A program made the translations under genes and the position numbers. From contig CM119265.1 of the NCBI GenBank assembly GCA_051294375.1, positions 25,676,767 through 25,740,766 on the forward strand: a DNA stretch of 64,000 nucleotides. Reading direction: 5' to 3'. The notes under the pieces are model-generated. The model was given only the letters and a program-made list of their open reading frames with translations. It was not told the origin of the DNA and did no database searches. The stretch's first letter is position 1; every line of letters starts with the position of its first letter. This DNA is from Paraspadella gotoi (lineage: Eukaryota; Animalia; Chaetognatha). Positions 41,601-54,500 of the stretch are shown here, piece by piece.

Positions 41601-43084
41601 AAATAAGCAAAGATAGATAATAACAATTTGAATGCAAATGAAGTTAATGGAATAACATAAAACGTAAAAAATATTATAATGCTTTGTTTGGTATAAATCT
41701 GAATGATTCCATGATTGAATGAATGAATGATATGAATGAATGAATGAATGAATGAATGAATTGAATGATATGAATGAATGAGATGAATGAATGAGATGAA
41801 TGAATGAATGAATGAATGCAATGAAGAATGAATGACCGCACTATATTTTTAAAAAGAACAGTTGCCGAATCGAACGATTTTAGNNNNNNNNNNNNNNNNN
41901 NNNNNNNNNNNNNNNNNNNNNNNNNNNNNNNNNNNNNNNNNNNNNNNNNNNNNNNNNNNNNNNNNNNNNNNNNNNNNNNNNNNNNNNNNNNNNNNNNNNN
42001 NNNNNNNNNNNNNNNNNNNNNNNNNNNNNNNNNNNNNNNNNNNNNNNNNNNNNNNNNNNNNNNNNNNNNNNNNNNNNNNNNNNNNNNNNNNNNNNNNNNN
42101 NNNNNNNNNNNNNNNNNNNNNNNNNNNNNNNNNNNNNNNNNNNNNNNNNNNNNNNNNNNNNNNNNNNNNNNNNNNNNNNNNNNNNNNNNNNNNNNNNNNN
42201 NNNNNNNNNNNNNNNNNNNNNNNNNNNNNNNNNNNNNNNNNNNNNNNNNNNNNNNNNNNNNNNNNNNNNNNNNNNNNNNNNNNNNNNNNNNNNNNNNNNN
42301 NNNNNNNNNNNNNNNNNNNNNNNNNNNNNNNNNNNNNNNNNNNNNNNNNNNNNNNNNNNNNNNNNNNNNNNNNNNNNNNNNNNNNNNNNNNNNNNNNNNN
42401 NNNNNNNNNNNNNNNNNNNNNNNNNNNNNNNNNNNNNNNNNNNNNNNNNNNNNNNNNNNNNNNNNNNNNNNNNNNNNNNNNNNNNNNNNNNNTTTCGCGC
42501 AGTTTTATGCACGGAAGTCAGATTGTCTCAATGATGTGAATTAAAATTGTAATTGTGAAATATTCGCCGTTGCAATTTTAAATTTCCAATATGAAAAAAT
42601 CCCTTTACATGTATCTATTTCAAACCCGCATTTTGCTATCCCTTTTTAATTTTTAAACTTTTGTTATCAACACCGAATTTTACCTTCTCACGTTTCTATT
42701 TTAACTTTAAACTATTTCCCCTTTTTACTTTTCTACTTCATCCCTTTTTTAATTTCATTTAAATTTCATTTCATCACCTTTTTATCCTCTGCATGCTTTT
42801 AATTATTAATTTTAAAATGTATGCAATTTACGAAATATTTATCGTAATCTTGTACAAATAATACCTTTTTAAACTAAAAATACAAACGTTTTCGCAGAAA
42901 ACTTTAAATTGTATTTACAGTAGAACACTTTTTCAGGTTGTTAGAAATTTAACGATAGTTTAACTTTGTAATAATCGACTAAAATTCTCACGGATTAAGA
43001 GCGGACGCCAAGACCATAAACGATAAAGTAACGATAAAAACGCGTAGGTAAGTTTTAAAAACTACTCTCATCTCTCTCCTCTCA

Positions 43085-43165
<81 letters not shown>

Positions 43166-43487
43166 TTTTTTTCGTCGCATGCATTTTCTAACGACGTCAT
43201 AAGATTCTCTACTAACTTATTTCGGGTATGTACATTTTTGTTTTTGTCTCAAAAACTAAAAGACAATCTCCCTCTCATTTGACCCCCTGCTGCTCCCACC
43301 ACGCTCGGTCCACCCAACCCCCCAATTTCCAACCACCCAATCCTCACTACCCCCAGAATCCCGGGTGCCGGGTAAACCGGACAAAATGCTCGTCCGGCCG
43401 AAGGAAAGTTCCATCCACGTCTTTTGGTCGGCGCCGAAAGAGGAAGACATTTTGATCAGGGGCTACATGATAGGTAAATGTGATTTA

Positions 43488-43528
<41 letters not shown>

Positions 43529-44807
43529 GTTTAATACATGATAGGTAAGCGTGATTTAATTCATATTAGGATTAAAATTGCCTGAACGAGTTCGTTGATT
43601 CTTTCACATTACGACATTTAAAATATGATAATGCATTCAAATTTTACGCCTTTAAAAAACAACATTTTTTTAAGGACTCACGTTGCTTTCTATAACATCG
43701 TCGCTGTAATATTTAGGCCGCATTAGAACAATTGTAAAAAAGATAGTAAAAAAGTAAACTTTTGTATAAATTTGAGCCCAAAAAAATTTATTTTAATATC
43801 CTTAGTTTTGTTTATTTTTGTGGTGTTAATCGGCGTAAAAAAATTACTATTGGATCCTTGTTTCACGCTTCTTATTAAAATATGCAAATGAGTTTAGGGA
43901 ATTTACCTGGAATCCCCAATCCCTCACGAAATGATTTTTAAACTGAACTCCTCACTTTTCTATCACTGATCTATCACGGATTCCTTCTTCTATCAGGATA
44001 CGGTATCGGTATCCCCGACGTGTACAACCAAGATTTGGACGCGAGGCAAAGATTCGTGACGCTGGAAAATTTGGAAACCTCGTCACATTACGTCATCAGC
44101 CTTCGCGCCTACAACAACAAAGGTCACGGGGAACCGATTTACAAGAGCGTGGCCACTCTGTCAGCTGCAAGTGAGTTTCGAAGAGAGAAGCTACTCTCAG
44201 AGTCAATTAGAATAAACTAGGTTTTTAAAAGAACTCCAGCAAAACGTAAATTCTTTTTTTGTCCAAAAATGTATTTCAAAGCAGAGAAAAAAATATCACT
44301 TATCAAGTTATATATTTGTCCTATTTAACTTTCTTCTTCATCATCGTCTACAACTTCGTCATCGTCATCGTCATCATCTTTGTACACAATCCCCCCTATT
44401 CTCTCGCGCGCCATCTCTTTTTAAATTCAAGACTCGTCCCTCACTAGCGCGTCTTTCTCCGTCGATATCCGGTGTCCGAGCGGCGACACGTTCGTCAATT
44501 CTAGCGTCGACGTCGACACGACAACCGGAAGTCGTCGGTTTAAGAGACGCGCTATGACGTCGGTTTCCCCGTGGACCAATCAGAGGTCGAGATTAATCGC
44601 GGCTTTCTTTGGTTGGTCGATTAGACGGCTAACGCCTTTAGCCGTCGCCGATTGGTTGAGAGCTTCGGCCAATCAGAGACTTGCTCCGTTCCGCGCCCTA
44701 CGTGACGTCAGACCAACCATGAATGAATGGTTGGAGTCGTCGTCGTCAACAGCGCCGCTAAGCTCCGCGGCTAATGACGCCGGTTTCACATCCGGCGCTG
44801 TCGCGGA

Positions 44808-44839
<32 letters not shown>

Positions 44840-45495
44840 TAAAAAACTCGACGAGAAAATCTGATTCCATGAATGAATCTGGTTTCGTTTCCATCTACGA
44901 ATTCATGAGAAAAAACGAAGGCTTCATTTCCGGTGCTGACGCACTGTGGCGTGATTGAGTGACGTGATGGCGTGGCGTGATTGCGTGGCGTTGGCTTGAG
45001 CGTTGACGCTCGGTTGTGACACGAGATTGACACGAGATTTTAAAAGTTGGATTTCGTCACGATACATTGACACTTAATCGAAAGCGAGAATTTTAATTTT
45101 TAATTGAGTAATATTAAGAATGATCACCAAAAAAAAAATTGACAATCTAAATTTGTGGCACGATTTGATGCACAACCCGGTACTCCATTCATACGCCAAT
45201 TGTTCACGTTGTTTGCGGTGAATTGAAATAAAAAAGGTCATTTTCTGGAATTGAGAAATAAATAATTAAAAATAAAATGCGAAAAAAATTACGAGTTATG
45301 AGTCGCGAGAACATTTTGAGTGGGCGGAAGTCGATTTCTATGCGTGGAATTTTGTCTTTTCAGCTTCACCAGGATTTTTATATCGAAGATAAAATATTTT
45401 TTTTTAGTTAAATATAATCTTTTGAATTGTTGTATAATCTGGTTTATGTAATAATCGAGGGCAACGTGACACAGGAGATTTATTATAATATATTA

Positions 45496-45573
<78 letters not shown>

Positions 45574-48500
45574 ATTATTATTATATTAGTAAAGTGACAC
45601 ATGAGGATTATTCAGTTTTACATTAGTCTTTTTTTAAGTTAACAACACAATTTTAAAAGAAACCTCACAGTTTTTTCGTTTATTCTTTATCTCACGATGC
45701 AATGGTTTCTCTCACCGTTTGTTTCCCGAATCACAATCCCTGTCAATTTTTCACGTTTCATATTTTACCCCCATTTCCCCCCACCTCCTCTTTCCACAGC
45801 CCCCCAGCCCTCCAAGCCCCTCTTTCCCCCCGTGGGCCTCAAACCCATCGTGATCTCAGCCACAACGATTGTTCTCACTTGGACTGATACGTCGTTGCCA
45901 CGCAATCAACGAATCACGGACAACAGGATCTACACCATCAAGTGCACATCGCTCTATCCGGCCAACACCAAGTCTAAATACATCAACTCTACGGGTAAAG
46001 ATTAGATTTTAGACTTTAGTAAATTCGGCAACCTGCCTTTTATCCACATGTATGCGTCATAGTATGATTAGTGGTGGTTTATAGTTGGAAATTAGCTAAA
46101 TAGTGATTAATTTTTGCAAATGAGGCAAATTAATATCAATCGATGTTGCAATTTTTCTTTTGGTAAATCTTGGATAAATTCTAAAACATGATCGCAATAA
46201 AAAAAAAAAAAGAGGACAAGCCCGGGAACCGAACTTAGGACCAGCGGTTAAAACGATAAGATTTAGCTTGTTCCGCCTTAAGTTAAGAGAAATTAATCTG
46301 CAAATTAAACACCCAGAACTGTGTCTTCTCGTATTAAACAAACATTCCCAAATCATCTTTAAATTGATATAAATACCATATTTTTAATTATATTATCATT
46401 TTTTCTACTTTCTCTCCCCCCTCTTCTTTCCCTGCATCCTATCTTTTTTTCCCCTTNNNNNNNNNNNNNNNNNNNNNNNNNNNNNNNNNNNNNNNNNNNN
46501 NNNNNNNNNNNNNNNNNNNNNNNNNNNNNNNNNNNNNNNNNNNNNNNNNNNNNNNNNNNNNNNNNNNNNNNNNNNNNNNNNNNNNNNNNNNNNNNNNNNN
46601 NNNNNNNNNNNNNNNNNNNNNNNNNNNNNNNNNNNNNNNNNNNNNNNNNNNNNNNNNNNNNNNNNNNNNNNNNNNNNNNNNNNNNNNNNNNNNNNNNNNN
46701 NNNNNNNNNNNNNNNNNNNNNNNNNNNNNNNNNNNNNNNNNNNNNNNNNNNNNNNNNNNNNNNNNNNNNNNNNNNNNNNNNNNNNNNNNNNNNNNNNNNN
46801 NNNNNNNNNNNNNNNNNNNNNNNNNNNNNNNNNNNNNNNNNNNNNNNNNNNNNNNNNNNNNNNNNNNNNNNNNNNNNNNNNNNNNNNNNNNNNNNNNNNN
46901 NNNNNNNNNNNNNNNNNNNNNNNNNNNNNNNNNNNNNNNNNNNNNNNNNNNNNNNNNNNNNNNNNNNNNNNNNNNNNNNNNNNNNNNNNNNNNNNNNNNN
47001 NNNNNNNNNNNNNNNNNNNNNNNNNNNNNNNNNNNNNNNNNNNNNNNNNNNNNNNNNNNNNNNNNNNNNNNNNNNNNNNNNNNNNNNNNNNNNNNNNNNN
47101 NNNNNNNNNNNNNNNNNNNNNNNNNNNNNNNNNNNNNNNNNNNNNNNNNNNNNNNNNNNNNNNNNNNNNNNNNNNNNNNNNNNNNNNNNNNNNNNNNNNN
47201 NNNNNNNNNNNNNNNNNNNNNNNNNNNNNNNNNNNNCGTGGTCGTTGACGGCGTCGAACACGACGTTCGAGGCGGCGCCGTGGGGCGCGCCCAAGGATCT
47301 CACCGTAGTGGGCGTGGAGGGTCAGCCGGACGCGTTGATGCTGAGTTGGCAGCCGCCGAAGAATCCCAATGGGAGGATCACAGGTGGGCGGGTTTGGGTG
47401 GAAAGGGAAGGTGGTTAAATAAGGTGGAGTGGTAATGGAAAAATGACGTCGAGGGTGAATTCAATGGATTTTTTTAAAAAATAAGTAGCTGAAGGATTCG
47501 AAGCATCGACCTTTGGGTTATAAGACCCGACAGGCTTCCACTGCGACAAGTTGATACATTATAACATTTTTGTAATAACTCATAAGTTTGTGCACTAGTA
47601 GTAATTCATAAGAGAGAGTGGTTGCGGCTTTTGTGGATGGAGATGAAGAAGGTGGTTAAATGGGGTCGAATACATAGAAGAGCAACAGAAGAATAATAAA
47701 TAAAAAAGTACAATATATTAGATAATAATATTAGCAGCGGATGGTTTCGATACATCGACCTCTGGGTTATGGGCCCAGCACGCTTCCACTGCGCCACGCT
47801 GCTATTGCTGGTAAATAATAAGTTTTTAGATTTGAATTTGAGTTTTAGGCTCATTGATGTCAATACATTTTCGATAAATCGCTGAAAATTTCAATTAAAG
47901 ATATATAATCATATTAATTATTTAATTTTATTTAGTTCTAGTAATAAATATTAAATTTATGACGTCATGAGTCAAAGACCTTCTTTTTACCACGACGGCT
48001 GTGATAAAGGTTGGCAGAAATTTCCTATCCATGCAAATTTAAAAATATATATATATTTTTTTTTGCCCTAAAAAGCCTATTTGTCAGACGGGTGCCGGGA
48101 TCGAACGATCAACTTGACCATCCGATATACCTCCGGTTTTTTCCAGCTGCCTGACAAAGGGCGAAGTTTTCGCGTGTAATAAATAAAGTATTTTTTTTTA
48201 AGTTAATATTCTTATTCCAATTTTCTAAAAATCAAAAAAGGCCTGCTGCTAGACTTTAAGCCGGTATTGAACCACGGACCTGGCAAACCGGAATCAGACC
48301 GATTTGGGTCAAACGCCTGCAGTAGGTGATATTTCTTATTGCCTTAGATCAGGTAATTTCAATCCTTTCTTTACGTTAACAATCAGCGAGAGGGAGAATG
48401 CGTACCGACAATATTCGTAGCGGCCAGAGAGNNNNNNNNNNTCTTTTTACCACGACGGCTGTGATAAAGGTTGGCAGAAATTTCCTATCCATGCAAATTT

Positions 48501-51500
48501 AAAAATATATATTTTTTTTTGCCCTAAAAAGCCTATTTGTCAGANNNNNNNNNNNNNNNNNNNNNNNNNNNNNNNNNNNNNNNNNNNNNNNNNNNNNNNN
48601 NNNNNNNNNNNNNNNNNNNNNNNNNNNNNNNNNNNNNNNNNNNNNNNNNNNNNNNNNNNNNNNNNNNNNNNNNNNNNNNNNNNNNNNNNNNNNNNNNNNN
48701 NNNNNNNNNNNNNNNNNNNNNNNNNNNNNNNNNNNNNNNNNNNNNNNNNNNNNNNNNNNNNNNNNNNNNNNNNNNNNNNNNNNNNNNNNNNNNNNNNNNN
48801 NNNNNNNNNNNNNNNNNNNNNNNNNNNNNNNNNNNNNNNNNNNNNNNNTTCGCGTGTAATAAATAAAGTATTTTTTTTTAAAGTTAATATTCTTATTCCA
48901 ATTTTCTAAAATCAAAAAAGGCCTGCTGCTAGACTTTAAGCCGGTAGTGAACCACGGACCTGGCAAACCGGAATCAGACCGATTTGGGTCAAACGCCTGC
49001 AGTAGGTGATATTTCTTATTGCCTTAGATTAAGTAATTTCAATCCTTTCTTGACGTAAACAATCAACGAAAGAGAGAATGCGTACCGACAATATTCGTAG
49101 TGGCCAGAGAGGGATATAGCACCAGAGTTACATTAAAATCAAATGTCGGAGAACAAAATCATATTTTACGGGCGTATAATTTTTTGAAGCCCAAAAATAC
49201 ATATTTTTTCTGCCAAGTAAGAGAGAAAGAAATGTACCCAGTCTACTTGCGACCACGTAACACAATTGACCATTCATGGTTGACTCCATGGTGGTAAAAC
49301 CTGCGTAGACAAAAACCCTTGAACATAGTAAACCACGATAGTCGACTCGTGAATAAAACCTTCCGAAAAGAAGAGTAGACTTCAACCACACACCAAACCC
49401 CCCCACCTCATATAACCACGACTCTAACCACAACCTCCCCCACACCCTGGCACCTTTTCCAGGCTACATGGTCTACTACACGACGGATCAAAACCTGCCT
49501 CCACTCAAATGGGCGCTCGAGTCTGTGATGGGAACCAGTTTGACGGTGACCATCGAAAATCTGACTCCCGACACAGTCTACTATTTCAAGATTCGGGCGA
49601 GAAACGCTCAGGGTCACGGACCACTGTCGCCCACGGAGATATTTCAGACGCCCAGAGGTGGGTTGGGTTTGGGCTGTTCTTGGTTGTTCATTGAGTTGTT
49701 TCTTCTTTCTACGGTTTGTAGACTTTAAAATCGCATGCTTTCTGTTTTTTNNNNNNNNNNNNNNNNNNNNNNNNNAAGACGGAATACTTTCGCCCAGGTT
49801 ATACCTACTGGGTTGTTTATTCTTACTCCGAGACCCACGTGTCTTTACTCGGCGTGTCCCATCCACTGTGCGGGGGGGGGTGGAGGGGGATTTCGGGATT
49901 GAGGGGGGGGTGAAAAGAAGGGAGGCGTTGGGAGTCGAACGAGGGATAGGAGAGGGAATGTCGGGGTGTTTGTGACGAGAGGGTTCGCGGGGTTCCACGA
50001 TTTATGATATGAGGACGTCATTTCCGAAAATGAATTCCGAGGGGCGCTGCGAAAAGTTGGGGGGGCGCGGGGGGGGCTGGAGGACATGGAAGGGGTTTCC
50101 AAAACGCGAGGGGTTGAGAAAAATGGATCACGGGGCAGCATTTTCACAGCTTGGCATCGTGAGCGAAAAAACAACAAGCAACCAAAAAAAAACAAAAAAA
50201 AACAACTTTTTTTGCTTTTTCCATCCCAATATTTTAAAAGATCGAGAGTTTTTAAATCCGAACGATGACCGAATAATTTTCGGTTTTTGGTTTCTCTGTT
50301 GTCCGAAAACGCCTCATTTCTGTTTCTTTTAGCGCTGAACGTGATTTTAAACCTTATCTTTTAGCGAATATCCTTTTGACCTAATCCCCAACCCTGACCT
50401 AATTCCTAACCCAAATCCATAATCTCTAACCCTAACCTCAAACTTAAACTTTAAATTCCCAATTTAAGATGAAATGGGACGGTTTCGGAAAATAAAACCC
50501 GGGTTTTTGTTTGGATCAAAGCTCGACCGTTAGATGTTAGATTCATCCATATTGCATCCTGGGTTTAATTCATTATTGAAAGTAGCGATTCTCCTTATAA
50601 CAAAATAAAACATGGATTTAAACGAACATATAATTTTAATTAATTTAAAACTGTGGGAAATTAAACAGTACCTTTCCGCGCGCACGTTTAAATAACTCTA
50701 CGCATTTAATCCTATTTTTCCTCTTCTTCCATTAACGCTAACCTCTTTATCTGGCGGCTTTTTCAGGCTCGAAAGGTGATTGAGAGAATCATTATTACGT
50801 AATGAATGTAACTTTAGTTGGATGGGGGAAAAGATAATAAACTCTATTCTATCTATTTTTCGAACGAATGAAATTAAAACAACGCCCCCTCACTCGCACT
50901 AAATTCCTAAAACGTCGAATATCCAAATTAAAATCCCCTTACCCTCCCCGTTTCTCCTTCTCTTACCCACCCCCCGCCGATTCAGAAGCGACCGACCCCC
51001 GCTTGGGTGAGTCTAAGCCGAACCCTTTCTTCGAGAACTCGCTCCACCTCATCATCCTAGGGGGCGTGGCCGCCCTCTGTCTCGTTGCCATCATCTGCAT
51101 CGTCGCGTTCTTCTGTTCGCGAAACAGAAACGGAAATCAAAACGAAAACAAAAGGTCAGTTTTAGACNNNNNNNNNNNNNNNNNNNNNNNNNNNNNNNNN
51201 NNNNNNNNNNNNNNNNNNNNNNNNNNNNNNNNNNNNNNNNNNNNNNNNNNNNNNNNNNNNNNNNNNNNNNNNNNNNNNNNNNNNNNNNNNNNNNNNNNNN
51301 NNNNNNNNNNNNTTTTTTTTTTGGTGTATTTTTATTTTGGAGTTTTAATCCTTTAATAAATATATTTTGATCATAAGTGGGTGAAAAATATAAAAAAAAT
51401 ATTTATAATCATTATCATCATCATCTTTCGATAATTTTATTACTTTTTCTTAATTTTGACCAAGAAAACAAAAAGATATTTGAAAGTTGTAGTTATATTT

Positions 51501-54500
51501 TTTATTTAACTTTTTATGCTCTATCAGAATCTATCAAAAAAAGTTAAGATTGATTAAAAAAAAAATTTATCATTGTATAGTAATATTGTAATTTTTAAAG
51601 CAACAATAAAAGCATTAAAATCGAACTTTTTTTAAAAATTCTTTTTTTACCTGAAAATAGACTTAAAGACTAAAGTTTTGAACCCCCGCCCCTATTGAAT
51701 TTAATTTCATAGTAGATTTCTTTGTATTGCTTTATTTGTATTTGTGATTTTGCAAATTGTACTAGTATTGTAATTGTAATTGTATTTTGTTTTTATGAGT
51801 ATTTACAGTTCTGTCCTGTTCTGTTTTGGTTCTCTTTGTTGTTGTTGTTGTTTTGAGAAATCATTCATCCCATCAAAGCTAAGTTTTTTTCATATTGTCT
51901 ACCAAAAGGACAATCCCCGCGAAAGATTTAGTAAAAAAAATGTCATTGTCAAATATTTAAGTATTTTTCTCTCATTTTTTTTATGTCTGATATCGTTCTC
52001 TCTTTCCATCCATATATCTCTCTGTCATTCCACGAAACAGCTCGGCCAAACCCACCCCCGCCCCCGGGGCCAAAGGTCAACCCCCCGATCTCTGGATTCA
52101 CACGGACGGACTCGAAATGAAAGGGATCGACTCGTCAGGCAGCAGCGGGGGATCGTCGGGAGTTCACACGGGACCTCATCCGAAGGTAAGGGTTAAAGTG
52201 AATGAATGAATGAATGAATGAATGAATGAATGAATAATGAATGAAATGAACGAAAGAGTGAAAAACAAAAAGAAAGGAAAGGAAAAGGAAAGAAGGAAAG
52301 GAAAGGAAAGGAAAGGAAAGGAAAGGAAAGGAAAAGGAAAGGAACAGGAAAGGAAAAGGAAGAGGAAAGGAAAGGAAAGGAAAGGAAAGGAAAGGAAAGG
52401 AAAGGAAAGGAATGAAATGAAATGAAAGGATATGAAAGGAAATAAAAGGAAATAAAAGAAAAGAAAATAGTAGAATCAACGTTTTAATTAAAGAACCAAC
52501 GGACCGACCAAACGAAATTAGTCGCCGACAGATAAACCAAATCAGACCGACCGACCAACTTTTTTTTTTCCTTCCAAAAGGGAACCGTCATCGGCGGCGT
52601 CGGCGGCGTCGTCGGCGGCGTCGGCGTCAATCATCCCGGCAACGTCGTTCACTGCGGCGGCTCCTCGGCTGGCGATTCCGGCCAGAGTTCCGGCGGATCC
52701 GGCTCGGTCTCTCCGACCCCCAGGGGTCACCTCAACCCCCACGAGATGATGGACCCTCTGGTGGTGGAGACGCATCACGGACTGGGCAGCCCCGGCCTCG
52801 GGTCTACGGGCAAACACGACTCGGGCTACATTACACGTACGACGACGATGTCGACGACCACAATGATGTCGACGAACGAGCGTCGCCGTTCGATGATTCC
52901 TTCTTTTTATTCGGTCGAGGGTATTTAGTTTTTTTATTATTTTTTTTAGTTTTATGTTTAAGTTAAGTTAAGTGATGAATTAAGCTTATCTTGTTTGGTT
53001 TTTTTTTGGGTTTCTTTTATTATTATTATTTTTTTTTGTATTGTTTTTACCATTTCATAACATTGAGATGTTAATCAGTTTAAAATAAGGTGGTTTGGTT
53101 ATTGCTTTTATTTAACACACAATTATCTGTTTTAGTGTTCCATGATTTTTTTTCGTTCCTTCTTCCTTCCTTTCTTCCGCTTCCTTCCTTACCTTCCTAT
53201 CCCTTCCTTCCTTCCTTACCTTCCTTCCTTTCTCTTCCTTCCTTCCTTCCTTCCTTTCTCCTTGTAGAAAGGAATCTTCCTACGTTCCTTCACTACATTC
53301 TTTCCTTCCTTCCTTCTTTCCTTCTTCCTTACCTTCCTTCCTTCCTTCCTTCCTTCTTCCTTCCTTCCTTCCTTCCTTCCTTCCTCCTTCCTTTTCTCCT
53401 TGTAGAAAGGAATCTTCCTACGTTCCTTCTTACATTCTTTCCTTTATTCCTTCCTTCCTTCCTCCTTCCTTCCTTCCTTCCTTCCTTCCTTCCTTCCTTC
53501 CTTCCTCCCTTCCTTCCTTCCTTCCTTCCTTCCTACCTTCCTTCCTTCCGTTTTATGACCTCAAAGCAAAGCTTTATTTTCACGTTTTTTATTCTTTCAA
53601 AATCGCACTTAAATTCCGTTCGAATTAATGTCATCAAACTTTTCATTTTTCGTTTGAATTTTATTTCTTTTTAAAACCTTTGGTGATGGGGAGAGAATCT
53701 CGACGAATCACGAACGCGTCGCCGCTAATCTTTAAATCTAAATCCCATTTTAAATCTAAATCCCATTTTAAATCTAAATCCCATTTTCCAATTTTTCCCT
53801 TCTTCCAGGGGAGGAGGTGGAGTCTGAACTCGAACGTCAAATCCTTCAGAGACGAACGTTGAGGCCCCACAAGCCCGTGGTCTTTGCCGTCGATCCCATG
53901 ACCCACACCTTGCCGAGGTGGGTTGATCGATTTGCTTGTCCAAGAATGCTTGCCTAATGCCTATCCGCTTTGAAGCCGAGACATTCGAGTAGTTTTAAGT
54001 AGAAATTTATTATCTTTACCTGTTTTTTTGGTTTTTTTTATCTCTAGCTCGAACATTTTAGTTTAACTCCTTATAAGGTCAAAATAAGCCCATAACTGCA
54101 ATATGTAAATGAGATTAAAGTCTGTTTAATTTATCGTCCAGGGAACCCATGGCCGCGTCTCTTCACAACGGTCACGCGATGGAACCCGTGAATCAGCGTC
54201 ACGCGTATCCGCGCTCGCAGTACAACACGGTCACGCCCACCTCGAGCGTAGCGGGTGAGTTTATTCTGGGGAAGGTAAGGGTTGTCATTTTGTGATTCAT
54301 GGTAAGTTTAAGATTACGAGGAGCGAGTGACAGAATAGTAATTTGTTTATAAATATCGTTTTGTTGAAATGTTTAAAAGGATATCATTATCACAAATCCC
54401 CCCCCCACGACTCCGCCAGGCTCTTCCCGCGGCGCGGACTCCCCCGTGGGTCAACCCTACAACACACCCCCGATTCCCTACGATCAAATACACACTCATT

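Noticed and set aside
47981-49110. Recent intronic segmental duplication
   Set aside because: Separated by a 10-N gap with SNP-level differences; consistent with uncollapsed haplotypes.
50378-50445. Interstitial telomere-like (CCCTAA)n
   Set aside because: Only one or two exact units; too degenerate to call.
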